Below, piece by piece: positions 18,537-28,308 of a stretch of DNA of 64,000 nt (the stretch's first letter is position 1; each line of letters starts with the position of its first letter). The position numbers and the translations under genes are program-made. The DNA comes from Gammaproteobacteria bacterium (lineage in GTDB: Bacteria > Pseudomonadota > Gammaproteobacteria > HK1). Under the pieces are notes generated by a model. The model did no database searches, was not told the origin of the DNA, and saw only the letters and a list, made by a program, of their open reading frames with translations. The stretch covers positions 1,539,550 through 1,603,549 of the forward strand of contig OZ244957.1 in NCBI GenBank assembly GCA_965222535.1. The letters are read 5' to 3'.

Positions 18537-19395
18537 CAGATGGAATTTGAGCTTTCACCATTTTATAATATTCTGGGACTACTTCTATCCCAATCGAATT
18601 TCTATGCATTTTATTTGCAACAATATTGGTTGTTCCAGAACCCATGAAAGGGTCTAACACCGTGTCGCCAACTTTAGTAAATAACTTTATAAACCATTCT
18701 GGTAAACTTTCAGGAAATGCAGCACTATGATTTTTATTGTTACACTCTGTAGATAAATGAAGAACATTTGTTGGGTATGCTTTATCTCTTGTTAGCCAGT
18801 TAGATATATTTTTTCCGAAACCACTTCCAACCTTAGACTCATCCCTTATTTTATCTGTTTCACTAAGATTTTTTAATCTTGTTTTTGCCCAGTCTCCCAT
18901 AGGCACCATGACCGCTTCTTGATACATGTTAAAATTTTTATTTTTATTAAATTGTAGTAACCGCTCCCAGGCATCCCTGAACCTATTTGGCCACTTACCG
19001 GGGTAACAGTTTTTTTTGTGCCAGATAAATTCTTCCGTCCACAACCATCCTTGCTTTTTCATGGCAAGGATTAGTTCCATTATATATGTACTCCTTTCGC
19101 CACTTACCACTTTCTCTTTGATATTGAGAACAAAGGTTCCTTTTGGTTTAAGAACCCTCAACATCTGTTCCGTCTTGGGTAAAAACCAGTCTACATAACC
19201 ATCGGGATGAATTCCTCCATATGTTTTTTTTCTCTGATCAGCATATGGTGGAGAGGTAAAAATAAAATCCACTGAATTATCAGATATTTCTCTTAGAATA
19301 TTCTGACAGTCTCCAAGGTACAAATCGTGTTTTATTTCCATTCTAATCTCTTCAAATCTGTATCTTTCTTGTGTTTCTATGGAACACTTACTCAT
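18481..19395 (-). CDS. beta-class N4-cytosine or N6-adenine DNA methyltransferase (SPPY type)
   Basis: Motif IV DFIFTSPPY precedes motif I DPFMGSGTT, which is the beta-class order. ATG 19395 is the IS256-derived start codon (MSK...). An internal ATG at 19341 (MEIKHDLYLGDC) may be the native start. Confidence 0.85.
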   Translation of the reverse strand: MSKCSIETQERYRFEEIRMEIKHDLYLGDCQNILREISDNSVDFIFTSPPYADQRKKTYGGIHPDGYVDWFLPKTEQMLRVLKPKGTFVLNIKEKVVSGERSTYIMELILAMKKQGWLWTEEFIWHKKNCYPGKWPNRFRDAWERLLQFNKNKNFNMYQEAVMVPMGDWAKTRLKNLSETDKIRDESKVGSGFGKNISNWLTRDKAYPTNVLHLSTECNNKNHSAAFPESLPEWFIKLFTKVGDTVLDPFMGSGTTNIVANKMHRNSIGIEVVPEYYKMVKAQIPSVELFLLEPKVKYETNRSE

Positions 19396-19497
19396 AGTGG
19401 CGACTCTTCTTATATTGATGGGGTGGTTTATAACTTCCAATCAATCAGAGTCGCCGCTCTTTTTCAATCCCTCATACACCACTTTCAGTTATAGCTC
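19387..19497. mobile_element. solo end of an IS256-family element (IR plus 5' leader and the first 3 transposase codons)
   Basis: About 90% identical to 47716-47827, the transposase-proximal end of the intact IS at 46441-47827. Homology stops after ATG AGT AAG. Confidence 0.85.
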
Positions 19498-19723
19498 CTA
19501 CTTCATTTTCGGATCGTGAGTCAACTAACATTGTATTGCTTGGTCATGATCCGCTCGAACAACGAATTCTTTTGGGTTCCATGACGCAGGCATGGGCACT
19601 CTACAGTTAGAGTACTCCATAGAGTTTCACGAGCCACTAATAGCCGTATGCTATTATACAGAAGTCCTCTGTCGATACAGAACAGATACGAAACATCGAG
19701 CGCAAAACCCTCTTTAATAAAAA

Positions 19724-19771
19724 AACTGGCTGTGCCCTCCTTTCCCTAAGCGCTATCCTATCTCAGGGTTT
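19724..19771. repeat. family-A MITE-like element, partial arm
   Basis: ccctcctttccc...tctcagggttttgaggttccc matches the terminal arm of the other copies. Confidence 0.6.
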
Positions 19772-19939
19772 TGAGGTTCCCAGAAAATAGTGGGTGATTG
19801 GCGAGAATGTGTCAATAGTGCTCGCCGCAGGGCGGCTGCACGCCAGTGCTTGGGGTTGATAGGGGAGAAGGTTGGCGCTGGACTTTCGCCGTTGATTTGG
19901 TTATCTTTGGTGCACTTGCCAACCCCAGAGAATAAACCG

Positions 19940-20272
19940 ATGCGCCTTGTTGTTGATGCAAAAACGATCGCCGTGGATGAGGACGGCTACCTTGCCTGCG
20001 CCGCCGATTGGAACCCCCAGGTCGCCGCTGTCATCGCCTGCGGGGACGATTGCGAGCTTAGCCCCGACCACTGGGAAGTGATCCATTTTCTGCGCGAGTA
20101 CTATGCCGAACATCAGATGACGCCGGCGATGCGCGTACTGACTCAGGCGATCGCCAAGCGCTTGGGGCACAGCAAAGGCAATACCCGCTATCTGTACCAA
20201 CTGTACCCTGCGGGGCCGACTAAACAGGCCACCCGCTACGCGGGCCTGCCAAAGCCGATCAGCTGCATTTGA
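19940..20272 (+). CDS. TusE/DsrC-family sulfur-relay protein
   Basis: 110 aa. VDEDGYL...W...A, HWEVIHFLREYY, and a C-terminal GLPKPISCI with one conserved penultimate Cys. True DsrC has a second Cys about 10 residues upstream, so this is closer to TusE. Confidence 0.75.
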   Translation: MRLVVDAKTIAVDEDGYLACAADWNPQVAAVIACGDDCELSPDHWEVIHFLREYYAEHQMTPAMRVLTQAIAKRLGHSKGNTRYLYQLYPAGPTKQATRYAGLPKPISCI

Positions 20273-20281
20273 GGCGGCGCA

Positions 20282-21118
20282 TCAGTTGACGATGCGGGCG
20301 GCGGCGGTCGATAAGCGGAGGTGGGTCGCGCCCGCAAACGCGGTGGTGCTGAATACGGCGTTGCCGAGCATGATCATCGATGCTGCGCCGCCGTTTTGCT
20401 GAATCGCTGCAATGGTGTCGCACACCCGCGGGTCATGCAACAAACCACTGTCTAGGGCAAATTGTCGGGCAACCTCTATGTACACTTCAAGGCCATTGGT
20501 CGGTGCCTGCGCTAAGCGGGTCATGCGTTGCAGCGCGGTGCTGGCGGCAGCGTTGATGGTGTTGCGCCGCGCCACATCGCCGATGATGCTGCGGGTCAGC
20601 AGCGGGCTGAAGTACCGATACCAGATCGGTTGTTCAGGGATTGCCAAGCGCGTTGCGGACAGCGGCGCACCGGCGGTGTTTTTCAGATTGCAGCCGCCGA
20701 GGAGCTGACCGCATACGTCACCCAGTCCAGTCAGGTTGGAGACCTCGGCAACATGGGCGATCATCCCCAACTGTTCACGCGAAAGCGCAAGTTGGAGCAG
20801 CTGATCGATAGCCAAGGCGCTGGCCAATGCACTCGCCCCGCTCAAACCAAAACCGGCGCTGAGCGGTAACTTCGATTCGATGGTAACATGCATCGGGTGA
20901 TTGCTCATCTGCGCAACCACTGTCCTAACGGTGGGAAAGTTGATCTCACGGTGGTTAAACCAGACACGTGTATCCTGCGCCGCGCGGACACTGACCAAAG
21001 CGCCGGCGGAAACGGTGAACCCCATACCCAAGGCGTGCATTCGGCGCGGATCGGCGTTAGCTACGATTTGAAACACCATCGATACATTGCCCGGAGCAAA
21101 GGCGGTTGCGCTATTCAT
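20282..21118 (-). CDS. GHMP-kinase-fold protein, pantoate-kinase-like (COG1829-like)
   Basis: APGNVSMVF at the N-terminus and a GHMP phosphate-binding-like loop, LPLSAGFGLSGASALASALA. The size (278 aa) and motif spacing resemble archaeal pantoate kinase. Confidence 0.45.
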   Translation of the reverse strand: MNSATAFAPGNVSMVFQIVANADPRRMHALGMGFTVSAGALVSVRAAQDTRVWFNHREINFPTVRTVVAQMSNHPMHVTIESKLPLSAGFGLSGASALASALAIDQLLQLALSREQLGMIAHVAEVSNLTGLGDVCGQLLGGCNLKNTAGAPLSATRLAIPEQPIWYRYFSPLLTRSIIGDVARRNTINAAASTALQRMTRLAQAPTNGLEVYIEVARQFALDSGLLHDPRVCDTIAAIQQNGGAASMIMLGNAVFSTTAFAGATHLRLSTAAARIVN

Positions 21119-21119
21119 C

Positions 21120-21284
21120 GGGAACCTCGAAAGGCCTTGAATGGGCTGGCGGCTGGGGGGAGGAGAGGTGCCCCTCTCTTCTGTAACCTAAGCCAATGAT
21201 AAATAACCTTATCCCCAATAGACAAGTGCCGCAGAGCGCCTCGCAGAAGCCACTTTGCTTCGTTTTTCGAAGCGCCTCGTTCCT
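21120..21284. repeat. family-A MITE-like element (full length)
   Basis: Starts gggaacctcgaaagg, contains ataaataaccttatccccaatagacaag, and ends cgtttttcgaagcgcctcg. Confidence 0.8.
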
Positions 21285-21552
21285 TGAGGCAGCAACTTGC
21301 AAGGTGCCTAAGGCGGATAACGGCAAGCGTGCCCTCACGCGCCACTAAAGAAGATGAAAGCTGGCGGGCGGCGCGGATAGGCACTTGAATCACTGCACCG
21401 TAAGCGATATTCTTCCCATTGTTGGCGATAACCCACAACCCATGGACGGCGGCTTTGGCGCTGCACCGTTTGCCGGCTGACGGCTTGGCGCGCGTGCGGC
21501 GGCGCATTCAGCCTTAGGCTCCGTACCAATACCTCGAAATAGCCCCTGTCAA

Positions 21553-24309
21553 ATGACCGATATTGCAAAAGAAATCCTCCCGATCAACATTGAAGAGGAG
21601 ATGAAACAGTCGTATCTCGATTATGCGATGAGCGTAATCGTCGGGCGTGCGCTTCCCGATGTGCGGGATGGCCTGAAACCAGTGCATCGCCGCGTATTGT
21701 ATGCGATGAGCGAACTCGGTAACGACTGGAATAAGCCGTATAAGAAATCGGCCCGCGTGGTGGGCGATACGATCGGCAAGTACCACCCTCACGGCGAGGC
21801 CTCGATCTATGATGCCCTCGTGCGCATGGCGCAGCCGTTTTCGATGCGCACGCCATTGATCGACGGGCAGGGTAATTTCGGCTCAGTGGATGGCGATTCC
21901 CCAGCGGCGATGCGTTACACCGAGGTGCGCATGGCGCGGGTAGCGCACGAGATGCTGCACGACCTCGATAAAAACACCGTTGACTTCGCTCCCAATTACG
22001 ACGAATCCGAACACGAGCCACAACTGCTACCAACGCGCGTGCCCAATTTGCTGGTCAACGGCTCGGCTGGCATCGCGGTGGGTATGGCGACCAACATCCC
22101 GCCGCATAACCTGTCTGAAGTGGTCGACGCCACGGTGGCGCTGCTCGACCAGCCGGCGCTTGGCATCGACGAGCTGATGCACTATCTGCCGGGGCCGGAT
22201 TTCCCGACCTGTGGCATCATCAACGGCGCTGATGGCATCAAACAGGCGTATCACACGGGACGTGGGGTTATTTATGTACGCGCCCGGGCGGGCTTGGAGG
22301 AGGACGAAAAAAGCGGGCGTCAGCGGTTGGTGGTAACTGAGTTGCCGTATCAGGTCAATAAGGCGCGCTTAATCGAGAAGATCGCCGATCTGGTCAAGCA
22401 GCGCAAGTTAGAAGGGATCGCCGAGTTGCGCGATGAGTCCGACAAAGACGGCATGCGGATGGTCATTGAACTTAAGCGCGGCGAGCAAGCAGAGGTGTTG
22501 CTCAACAACCTGTATCTGCATACGTATATGACGAGCAGTTTCGGCATCAACCTAGTGGCCCTGGTGGATAACCGCCCACTGTTGCTGAACCTGAAGCAGA
22601 TCCTGTCGGCCTTTATTCGCCACCGCCGGGAGATCGTTACCCGGCGCACACGCTTTGACCTGAATAAGGCGCGTGAACGCGCGCATGTACTGGAGGGTTT
22701 GGCGATTGCGCTGACGAACCTCGATGCGATCATCAACTGCATTCGCGACAGCGCTAATTCGGCGGCGGCGCGTAGTGCGCTGACCGCACGCAACTGGGCT
22801 GCAGGAGAGATCGAGGAACTGCTTGAACGCGCTGCTGACACTATGCTCAGTCGCACGGATACAGCAGCGGATGCGCCGCGCATCCGCGAAATGGGCCACG
22901 CAACGGGACTTGTCGAGGGCGGTTACCGCCTGTCAGGCCCGCAGGCACAGGCCATCTTGGATTTACGTCTGCATCGTCTGACCGCCCTTGAGCAACATAA
23001 AATCACTGAAGAATACCAGCAGATATTGCGCCACATTGAGGAGCTGATCCAGATCCTGGGGAATCCTGAGAGGCTGCGCACGGTGGTGCGCGAAGAATTA
23101 ATTGCGGTGCAGCAACAATACGCTGACAGCCGCCGCACCGAGATCCTCAAGCACCCCATTGGTCTCGAAACTGAGGATATGATCCCGCGCGAAAACGTGG
23201 TCGTTACGCTGTCCAAGGTCGGCTATATTAAATGGCATCCTTTGGACGCCTACCCCTCGCAACACCGCGGCGGCAAGGGGCGCGTGGCAGCCACGATCCG
23301 CGAGGCCGACCTGATCAAGCACGTTGTCGTTGCGCATACCCACGATACCGTGCTGTGTTTTTCCAGCCATGGGAAGGTGTACTGGAAGCGGGTGTTTGAG
23401 CTGCCGCAGGCGACCCGCACCGCACGCGGCAAACCGATTGTCAACTTGTTGCCGTTGGCAGCAAACGAACGCATTAATGCGATCTTACCGCTGACCTCGT
23501 GTCACAGCGGTGGCTATCTGCTGATGGCTACGGCGCGCGGCTTGGTCAAGAAAACACCTCTTGCGCAGTTCCAGAGGCCGCGCTCCACAGGATTGATCGC
23601 GCTCAGTCTGCGCCCCGACGATTACCTGATCGGCGTCTTGGTAACGGAAGGCCGCCAAGGGCTGATGCTGGCTTCAAGGAATGGTCGCCTGATCCACTTC
23701 GACGAGCAGCAGATCCGACCGACCGGTCGCGGCTCTCAAGGGGTGCGCGGCATGCGTATCGCGGCTGACGATGAAATCATTGCGCTGATGGTTGCCAACC
23801 CGGATGGGATGGTGCTGAGCGCCACCGAGTACGGCTTCGGCAAATGCACCAAGGCGACCGCCTATCGTCAGCAGGGGCGTGGTGGGCGCGGGCTACTGTC
23901 GATCCGCGGCAGCGAGCGCAATGGGCGCGTGGTTAGCACGTTGTTGGTCGCTCCAGACGATGAGATCATGCTGATTACCGATAGCGGCAAACTGATCCGC
24001 ATGGCGGTCAGCGGCATCAGCGTCCTGGGTCGCACGACCCAAGGCGTGCGCTTGATCCGACTGGGAGACAACGACCTGCTGGCCGATGTTCAGTCGATCA
24101 TTGAAGCCGATGAAGGCGGTGCTGATGAAGGCGGTGCTGATGAAGGCGGTGCCGATGAAGGCGGTGCTGATGAAGGCGGTGCTGATGAAGGCGGTGCTGA
24201 TGAAGGCGGTGCTGATGAAGGCGGTGCTGATGAAGGCGGTGCTGATGAAGGCAGTGCTGATGAAGGCGGTGCCGATGAAGGCGGTGCCGATGAAGGCGGT
24301 GCTGCATGA
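21553..24309 (+). CDS. gyrA: DNA gyrase subunit A with a repetitive acidic C-terminal tail
   Basis: The N-terminus [39 protein letters not shown] and the QRDR-type [23 protein letters not shown] are present, and the gene is full length. The tail is (ADEGG)13. Confidence 0.97.
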   Translation: MTDIAKEILPINIEEEMKQSYLDYAMSVIVGRALPDVRDGLKPVHRRVLYAMSELGNDWNKPYKKSARVVGDTIGKYHPHGEASIYDALVRMAQPFSMRTPLIDGQGNFGSVDGDSPAAMRYTEVRMARVAHEMLHDLDKNTVDFAPNYDESEHEPQLLPTRVPNLLVNGSAGIAVGMATNIPPHNLSEVVDATVALLDQPALGIDELMHYLPGPDFPTCGIINGADGIKQAYHTGRGVIYVRARAGLEEDEKSGRQRLVVTELPYQVNKARLIEKIADLVKQRKLEGIAELRDESDKDGMRMVIELKRGEQAEVLLNNLYLHTYMTSSFGINLVALVDNRPLLLNLKQILSAFIRHRREIVTRRTRFDLNKARERAHVLEGLAIALTNLDAIINCIRDSANSAAARSALTARNWAAGEIEELLERAADTMLSRTDTAADAPRIREMGHATGLVEGGYRLSGPQAQAILDLRLHRLTALEQHKITEEYQQILRHIEELIQILGNPERLRTVVREELIAVQQQYADSRRTEILKHPIGLETEDMIPRENVVVTLSKVGYIKWHPLDAYPSQHRGGKGRVAATIREADLIKHVVVAHTHDTVLCFSSHGKVYWKRVFELPQATRTARGKPIVNLLPLAANERINAILPLTSCHSGGYLLMATARGLVKKTPLAQFQRPRSTGLIALSLRPDDYLIGVLVTEGRQGLMLASRNGRLIHFDEQQIRPTGRGSQGVRGMRIAADDEIIALMVANPDGMVLSATEYGFGKCTKATAYRQQGRGGRGLLSIRGSERNGRVVSTLLVAPDDEIMLITDSGKLIRMAVSGISVLGRTTQGVRLIRLGDNDLLADVQSIIEADEGGADEGGADEGGADEGGADEGGADEGGADEGGADEGGADEGGADEGSADEGGADEGGADEGGAA
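24106..24300. repeat. 13 x 15-bp tandem repeat (gc[tc]gatgaaggc[ga]gt) encoding (ADEGG)n
   Basis: Thirteen consecutive units with only three variable positions. The array ends 9 nt before the gyrA stop. Confidence 0.97.
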
Positions 24310-24478
24310 CCCGACTTGACCGCATGGTCGGCGCGCCATACGCGCCGCCGCAGGCGGTTGCTTTGCTCCTATTGCGGGCTGCCCGGCGTGGTGCCGCAGC
24401 GCCTGCTTGTGCGCCCGCCGCCCAGTGCCGCTGCGCTCCCTGACTACCATCCAAAGCAGCCCCTGCGAAGGAAACTCC

Positions 24479-25696
24479 GTGCCCCCCATTTCCTATGGTC
24501 ATCAACGTGTATTGTCTGGTATGCGCCCCACCGGCCCGCTGCATCTGGGGCATTACCACGGCGTATTGAAAAATTGGATTCGCTTGCAGCACGAGTACGA
24601 ATGCTTCTTTTTTGTCGCCGACTGGCATGCGCTGACAACGCATTACGATGCCCCTCAGGATATTCAGCACAACACCTTGGATATGGTGATCGATTGGTTA
24701 GCGGTGGGGATCGATCCCGGTGATGCGGTGCTGTTTATTCAATCCAGAATACCAGAACACGCAGAGCTGCATCTGCTGTTATCGATGGTTACCCCGTTGG
24801 GGTGGCTGGAGCGTGTACCGAGCTACAAAGAGCAGCAGGAGCGGCTGCATGATCACGACCTGAACACGTACGGTTTTCTGGGGTACCCCGTGCTGCAAAG
24901 TGCGGATATTCTGATTTACCGCGCAACGCAGGTGCCGGTCGGTGAGGATCAGGTTGCTCATATCGAGCTCACCCGCGAGCTCGCGCGCCGTTTTAATTAC
25001 CTGTTCGGGCGCGAAGTGAACTTTGAAGAGCGCTGCCAGGCGGCGCTGAGGAAAATCGGCGGCAAAAACGCCAAGCGCTATGAAGCGCTGCGCAACGCGT
25101 ATCAGGAACAGGGCGACGGCGAAGCCCTAGTAACCGCCAGAGTCCTAGTGGAAAACCAGAAGAATATCAGCCTCGGCGATCAGGAGCGGTTGCTCGGCTA
25201 TCTCGACGGCAGCGGCAAGGCGATCCTGACCGAGCCGCAGGCCTTGCTGACCGATGTTGCAAAATTGCCGGGGCTGGATGGTCGCAAAATGTCAAAGTCC
25301 TGCGACAATACGATCCACCTGCGCATGGCACCCGATATCCTGCAACGCAAGCTGCGCACGATGCCCACGGACCCGGCGCGGGTGCGCATTAGCGATCCGG
25401 GGGACCCGCAAAAATGCCCAGTGTGGCAGTTGCATCAATCCTACACCGATGACGCCACGCGGCAATGGGTGGAAAACGGCTGCCGCAGCGCGAGTATCGG
25501 CTGTATCAGTTGCAAGCAACCGCTGATCGATGCGATGGTGGCGGAATTACAGCCGATCAGGGAACGCGCCAAAGAGTATCAGGCGCAGCCGGATAAAGTG
25601 CGCTCGATCATCACGGATGGGTGCGAACGGGCGCGCGATGTCGCACGCGAAACGCTGACCGACGTGCGCCAGGCGATGGGGCTTGGCTATCGTTAA
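24479..25696 (+). CDS. trpS: tryptophan--tRNA ligase
   Basis: VLSGMRPTGPLHLGHYHGVLKNW (HIGH-type HLGH), a KMSKS motif, and VGEDQVAHIELTRELARRFN. GTG 24479 has AAGGA upstream; the maximal ORF starts at 24407. Confidence 0.9.
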   Translation: MPPISYGHQRVLSGMRPTGPLHLGHYHGVLKNWIRLQHEYECFFFVADWHALTTHYDAPQDIQHNTLDMVIDWLAVGIDPGDAVLFIQSRIPEHAELHLLLSMVTPLGWLERVPSYKEQQERLHDHDLNTYGFLGYPVLQSADILIYRATQVPVGEDQVAHIELTRELARRFNYLFGREVNFEERCQAALRKIGGKNAKRYEALRNAYQEQGDGEALVTARVLVENQKNISLGDQERLLGYLDGSGKAILTEPQALLTDVAKLPGLDGRKMSKSCDNTIHLRMAPDILQRKLRTMPTDPARVRISDPGDPQKCPVWQLHQSYTDDATRQWVENGCRSASIGCISCKQPLIDAMVAELQPIRERAKEYQAQPDKVRSIITDGCERARDVARETLTDVRQAMGLGYR

Positions 25697-25841
25697 TCGG
25701 CCTTTGCTGCAGCGCTGAAAAATGGGCACGGCACACAGGCGAGAACGCAAAGGCGTCTTTTTTATCAGGACGCCGCGGTAGTGGCTTGCTGGTAGCGCCT
25801 GACTTTGGCGCGTGGCTTTAGTGAAGGATCATAAAGATCGG

Positions 25842-27203
25842 ATGACGGATCTGCACATAACGGCCGCGCCGGACGGGGCCGCAGCACACGTCAGAATACA
25901 CCGCCTGGATCGCTTGTCAGCCACCGAGCGGCGCTGCCTGCTATCCCGCAGCGGTGCTGATCTGAGCGCGTTTATCCCCAAAGTCGAGGCGATTGTTGAG
26001 CGCGTGCGGCAGCACGGTGATGCGGCGCTGGCGCACTACGCCAGAGAATTTGACGGCGCTGCGCTGAGCGGCGCTGCGATCGCTGCCACCCAAGCCGACT
26101 TTAACGCGGCTTTTGAGCGGCTTGACCCAGCGCTGATCGACACGCTTGAGTACGCGGCGGAGAACATCCGGCGCTTCCACCAAGAACAGTTGCCCGGGCC
26201 GATGTGGCTGTGCCCCATCCGCCCGGGGGTATTGGCTGGTCAGCGCTTCACCCCGATCGACAGCGTTGCCTGTTATTCACCGCGCGGCAAAGGATCGTTT
26301 CCATCGGTTACCCTGATGACCACGATACCGGCGGTGGTCGCCGGGGTGAAGCAGCCGATCGTGCTGACCCCCGCCGGCCGTGATGGCGAAGTGGATGCAG
26401 CGACGCTGGTGGCGGCGCGCATTGCCGGCGTTGAACGCGTGTATAAAGCCGGTGGCGCAGCGGCGGTGGCCGCAGCGGCGTTTGGCACCGCAACGATTCC
26501 GCGCTGTGACAAGATCGAAGGCCCCGGCGGGTTGTGGTTTATGGCCGCGCGCCGGGTGCTTGCCGAGCGCATCGATTCACGCCTGCCCGCGGGCCCGAGT
26601 GAGAGCATCGTCCTCGTTGACGATTCGGTTGACCCTCGGCTGGCCGCCCTAGATGCCTTGATCGAAGCCGAGCACGGTGCCGACAGTTCGGTGTTTCTGG
26701 TGACTTGGGATGCACACATCGCAGCGCAGGCGGCGGCGGCGATTAGCACTTACCTGCAGTTGATGAGCACTGAGCGTGCGGCCTATGCCAGCGCCGTGCT
26801 CAGCGGCGATAACGGTGGCATTGCCCTCGCCAGCAGCGCCCAACAAGCCTACGATTTCATTAACGACTACGCCCCCGAACATCTGCAAATATTGTCACGC
26901 CAGGCATTTGACCACCTCCCGCAGATCACCCATGCGGGTGAGATTTTATTGGGAGAATACGCCCCCGGCTCGATCGCCAACTACCTGATGGGCGCGAACT
27001 GCGTCCTGCCCACCGCTGGCACCGCCCGCACGCACTCGCCACTTGGCGTACATGATTTCCTCAAAGGTTCATCGATCGGGCACCTGACGCGCAGTGGCTA
27101 CCGGCAACTTGCCGCGCATACCCACCGCTTCGCAACCTACGAGGGTTTTGACGCCCACGCCAATGCCGTATCAGAAATGCGTGAGGAAATTCTTGAAAAA
27201 TGA
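25842..27203 (+). CDS. hisD: histidinol dehydrogenase
   Basis: VEAIVERVRQHGDAALAHYAREFDG, the YSPRGKGSFPSVTLMT and EGPGG regions, and HLQI. The start is uncertain: ATG 25842 or GTG 25812. Confidence 0.9.
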   Translation: MTDLHITAAPDGAAAHVRIHRLDRLSATERRCLLSRSGADLSAFIPKVEAIVERVRQHGDAALAHYAREFDGAALSGAAIAATQADFNAAFERLDPALIDTLEYAAENIRRFHQEQLPGPMWLCPIRPGVLAGQRFTPIDSVACYSPRGKGSFPSVTLMTTIPAVVAGVKQPIVLTPAGRDGEVDAATLVAARIAGVERVYKAGGAAAVAAAAFGTATIPRCDKIEGPGGLWFMAARRVLAERIDSRLPAGPSESIVLVDDSVDPRLAALDALIEAEHGADSSVFLVTWDAHIAAQAAAAISTYLQLMSTERAAYASAVLSGDNGGIALASSAQQAYDFINDYAPEHLQILSRQAFDHLPQITHAGEILLGEYAPGSIANYLMGANCVLPTAGTARTHSPLGVHDFLKGSSIGHLTRSGYRQLAAHTHRFATYEGFDAHANAVSEMREEILEK

Positions 27204-27283
27204 GCCGCGTGGCCCATTAAAAAAAGCTCTACCCCCTTCCATCTATTTTAATCCGCAACTGCACAAGCTACGCTTGCTTTTCA

Positions 27284-27460
27284 GGAGAAGAAGAACCCTC
27301 CAGCGGTAATTTCATGGTGCCGCTGACCGGTCTATGCCGGTCAGCGAACGATGCGCCGTTAGGCGCTCCTTATTAAAAATTAAAAAACACAGGCGTGTTT
27401 AGCACCCCTAAACGCGGTACTCCCTTCCCCAAAACCCCTAACCCCAGCATCTCCTGCGCA
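27284..27460. repeat. family-B long module (about 95% identical to 17382-17558)
   Basis: ggagaagaagaaccctccagcggtaatttcatggtgccgctgaccggtctatgccggtcagcg...acacaggcgtgtttagcacccctaaacgcgg...ccccagcatctcctgcgca. It contains a perfect 10-bp-stem hairpin, cgctgaccgg/ccggtcagcg. Confidence 0.9.
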
Positions 27461-27575
27461 CGCTATCCTCGCCGCCTTGTTCAATCTCGTGCAGCATGGT
27501 TTGCACGACCTGGCGGGTATCGTCTTCGCCGGTGGTCGGGTTCTTAACGTTGGATTTAATAATCTGAATTGCCAT
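27438..27575 (-). pseudogene. N-terminal fragment of a HisD-family (histidinol / sulfopropanediol dehydrogenase-like) gene, truncated at a repeat
   Basis: The minus strand reads MAIQIIKSNVKNPTTGEDDTRQVVQTMLHEIEQGGEDSVR and then runs straight into the family-B repeat end. The V..ML.EI...G..(A/S)V pattern resembles HisD-family N-termini. Confidence 0.4.
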
Positions 27576-27797
27576 GAGAATGAGAGATGACTGGACGCCG
27601 GGGGGCTCCTGACTCAGCGCTATCAGTGAGGATAAGCAATTCGGTGGGCTACACGGTCAGCCCACCGCGCTATTACTCGAAATCCTGCCGTTCACGGTCT
27701 CAAATCGTCGTTTCGTCGCTTATCGCAGGAAAACTCATCAATTCGGCCGTAAGGTTGTGGTGTGCAACAAACAGCCCATCACCCTGGAGGACGAACA

Positions 27798-28274
27798 ATG
27801 ACTGCAAATACCCCTTCCCCTTGTAAAGCCATTCGCCAATCCGGTCAACGCAAAAATCTGCGTTGCCTGGGGTTACTCACCGCTGCGATCGTGCTGTCAG
27901 TATCCACCCCGGCGCTGGCTGCTGATCTGGAACTGAAGGTGACTAATATCGAATCGGGCACTGGCGAGATTCTAATCTCCCTTTATTCCAATGAAGAAGC
28001 ATTTCGGTCCGAACCGCTTAAAACCCACAGACAAGCCGCGCAAACCGGTGACATCGCGGTATTGCTTAACGACCTGCCAGTTGGTGACTACGCTGTTATG
28101 CTTTTCCACGATATCAACAGCAACGGAAAATTGGATACCAATTTGATTGGCATACCAAAAGAGCCATGGGGTGGGTCCCTGAACGGCACACGCGTATTTG
28201 GCGCACCAAAATGGCAGGATGTAAAATTCACCCTGCCGGCTGAAGGCGTCTCCGTCAGTATTGAATTGCAATAA
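27798..28274 (+). CDS. DUF2141-family exported protein
   Basis: Signal peptide LGLLTAAIVLSVSTPALA. ILISLYSNEEAF, FHDINSNGKLDTNLIGIPKEPWG and FGAPKWQDVKF are typical of DUF2141. GGAGG lies upstream of ATG 27798. Confidence 0.75.
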   Translation: MTANTPSPCKAIRQSGQRKNLRCLGLLTAAIVLSVSTPALAADLELKVTNIESGTGEILISLYSNEEAFRSEPLKTHRQAAQTGDIAVLLNDLPVGDYAVMLFHDINSNGKLDTNLIGIPKEPWGGSLNGTRVFGAPKWQDVKFTLPAEGVSVSIELQ

Positions 28275-28308
28275 TTCAAACTACAGATAGCCGCCGTATA
28301 GAGTTAAT

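Noticed and set aside
19396-19440. N-terminal extension of the methyltransferase ORF (MEVINHPINIRRVAT...).
   Set aside because: This stretch lies within the IS256-derived leader, which is non-coding in the intact IS copy. ATG 19395 or 19341 is the more plausible start.
24106-24300. Possible CRISPR array, given the regular short repeats. The same question arises for 11156-11250.
   Set aside because: The units are contiguous with no spacers. They lie in frame inside coding sequence, and no cas genes are present.
23893-24670. ORFs encoding (STAFI)n, (MKAVL)n and (HRLHQ)n repeats around the gyrA 3' end.
   Set aside because: These are alternative-frame or antisense readings of the 15-bp tandem repeat that encodes the GyrA (ADEGG)n tail. 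They are not independent genes.
25699-25775. Possible rho-independent terminator after trpS, formed by gcctttgc...gcaaaggc followed by gtctttttt, or by the ggcgtc/gacgcc hairpin.
   Set aside because: The first stem encloses a ~39-nt loop. The second stem is not followed by a T-run on the plus strand. This is too weak to annotate.
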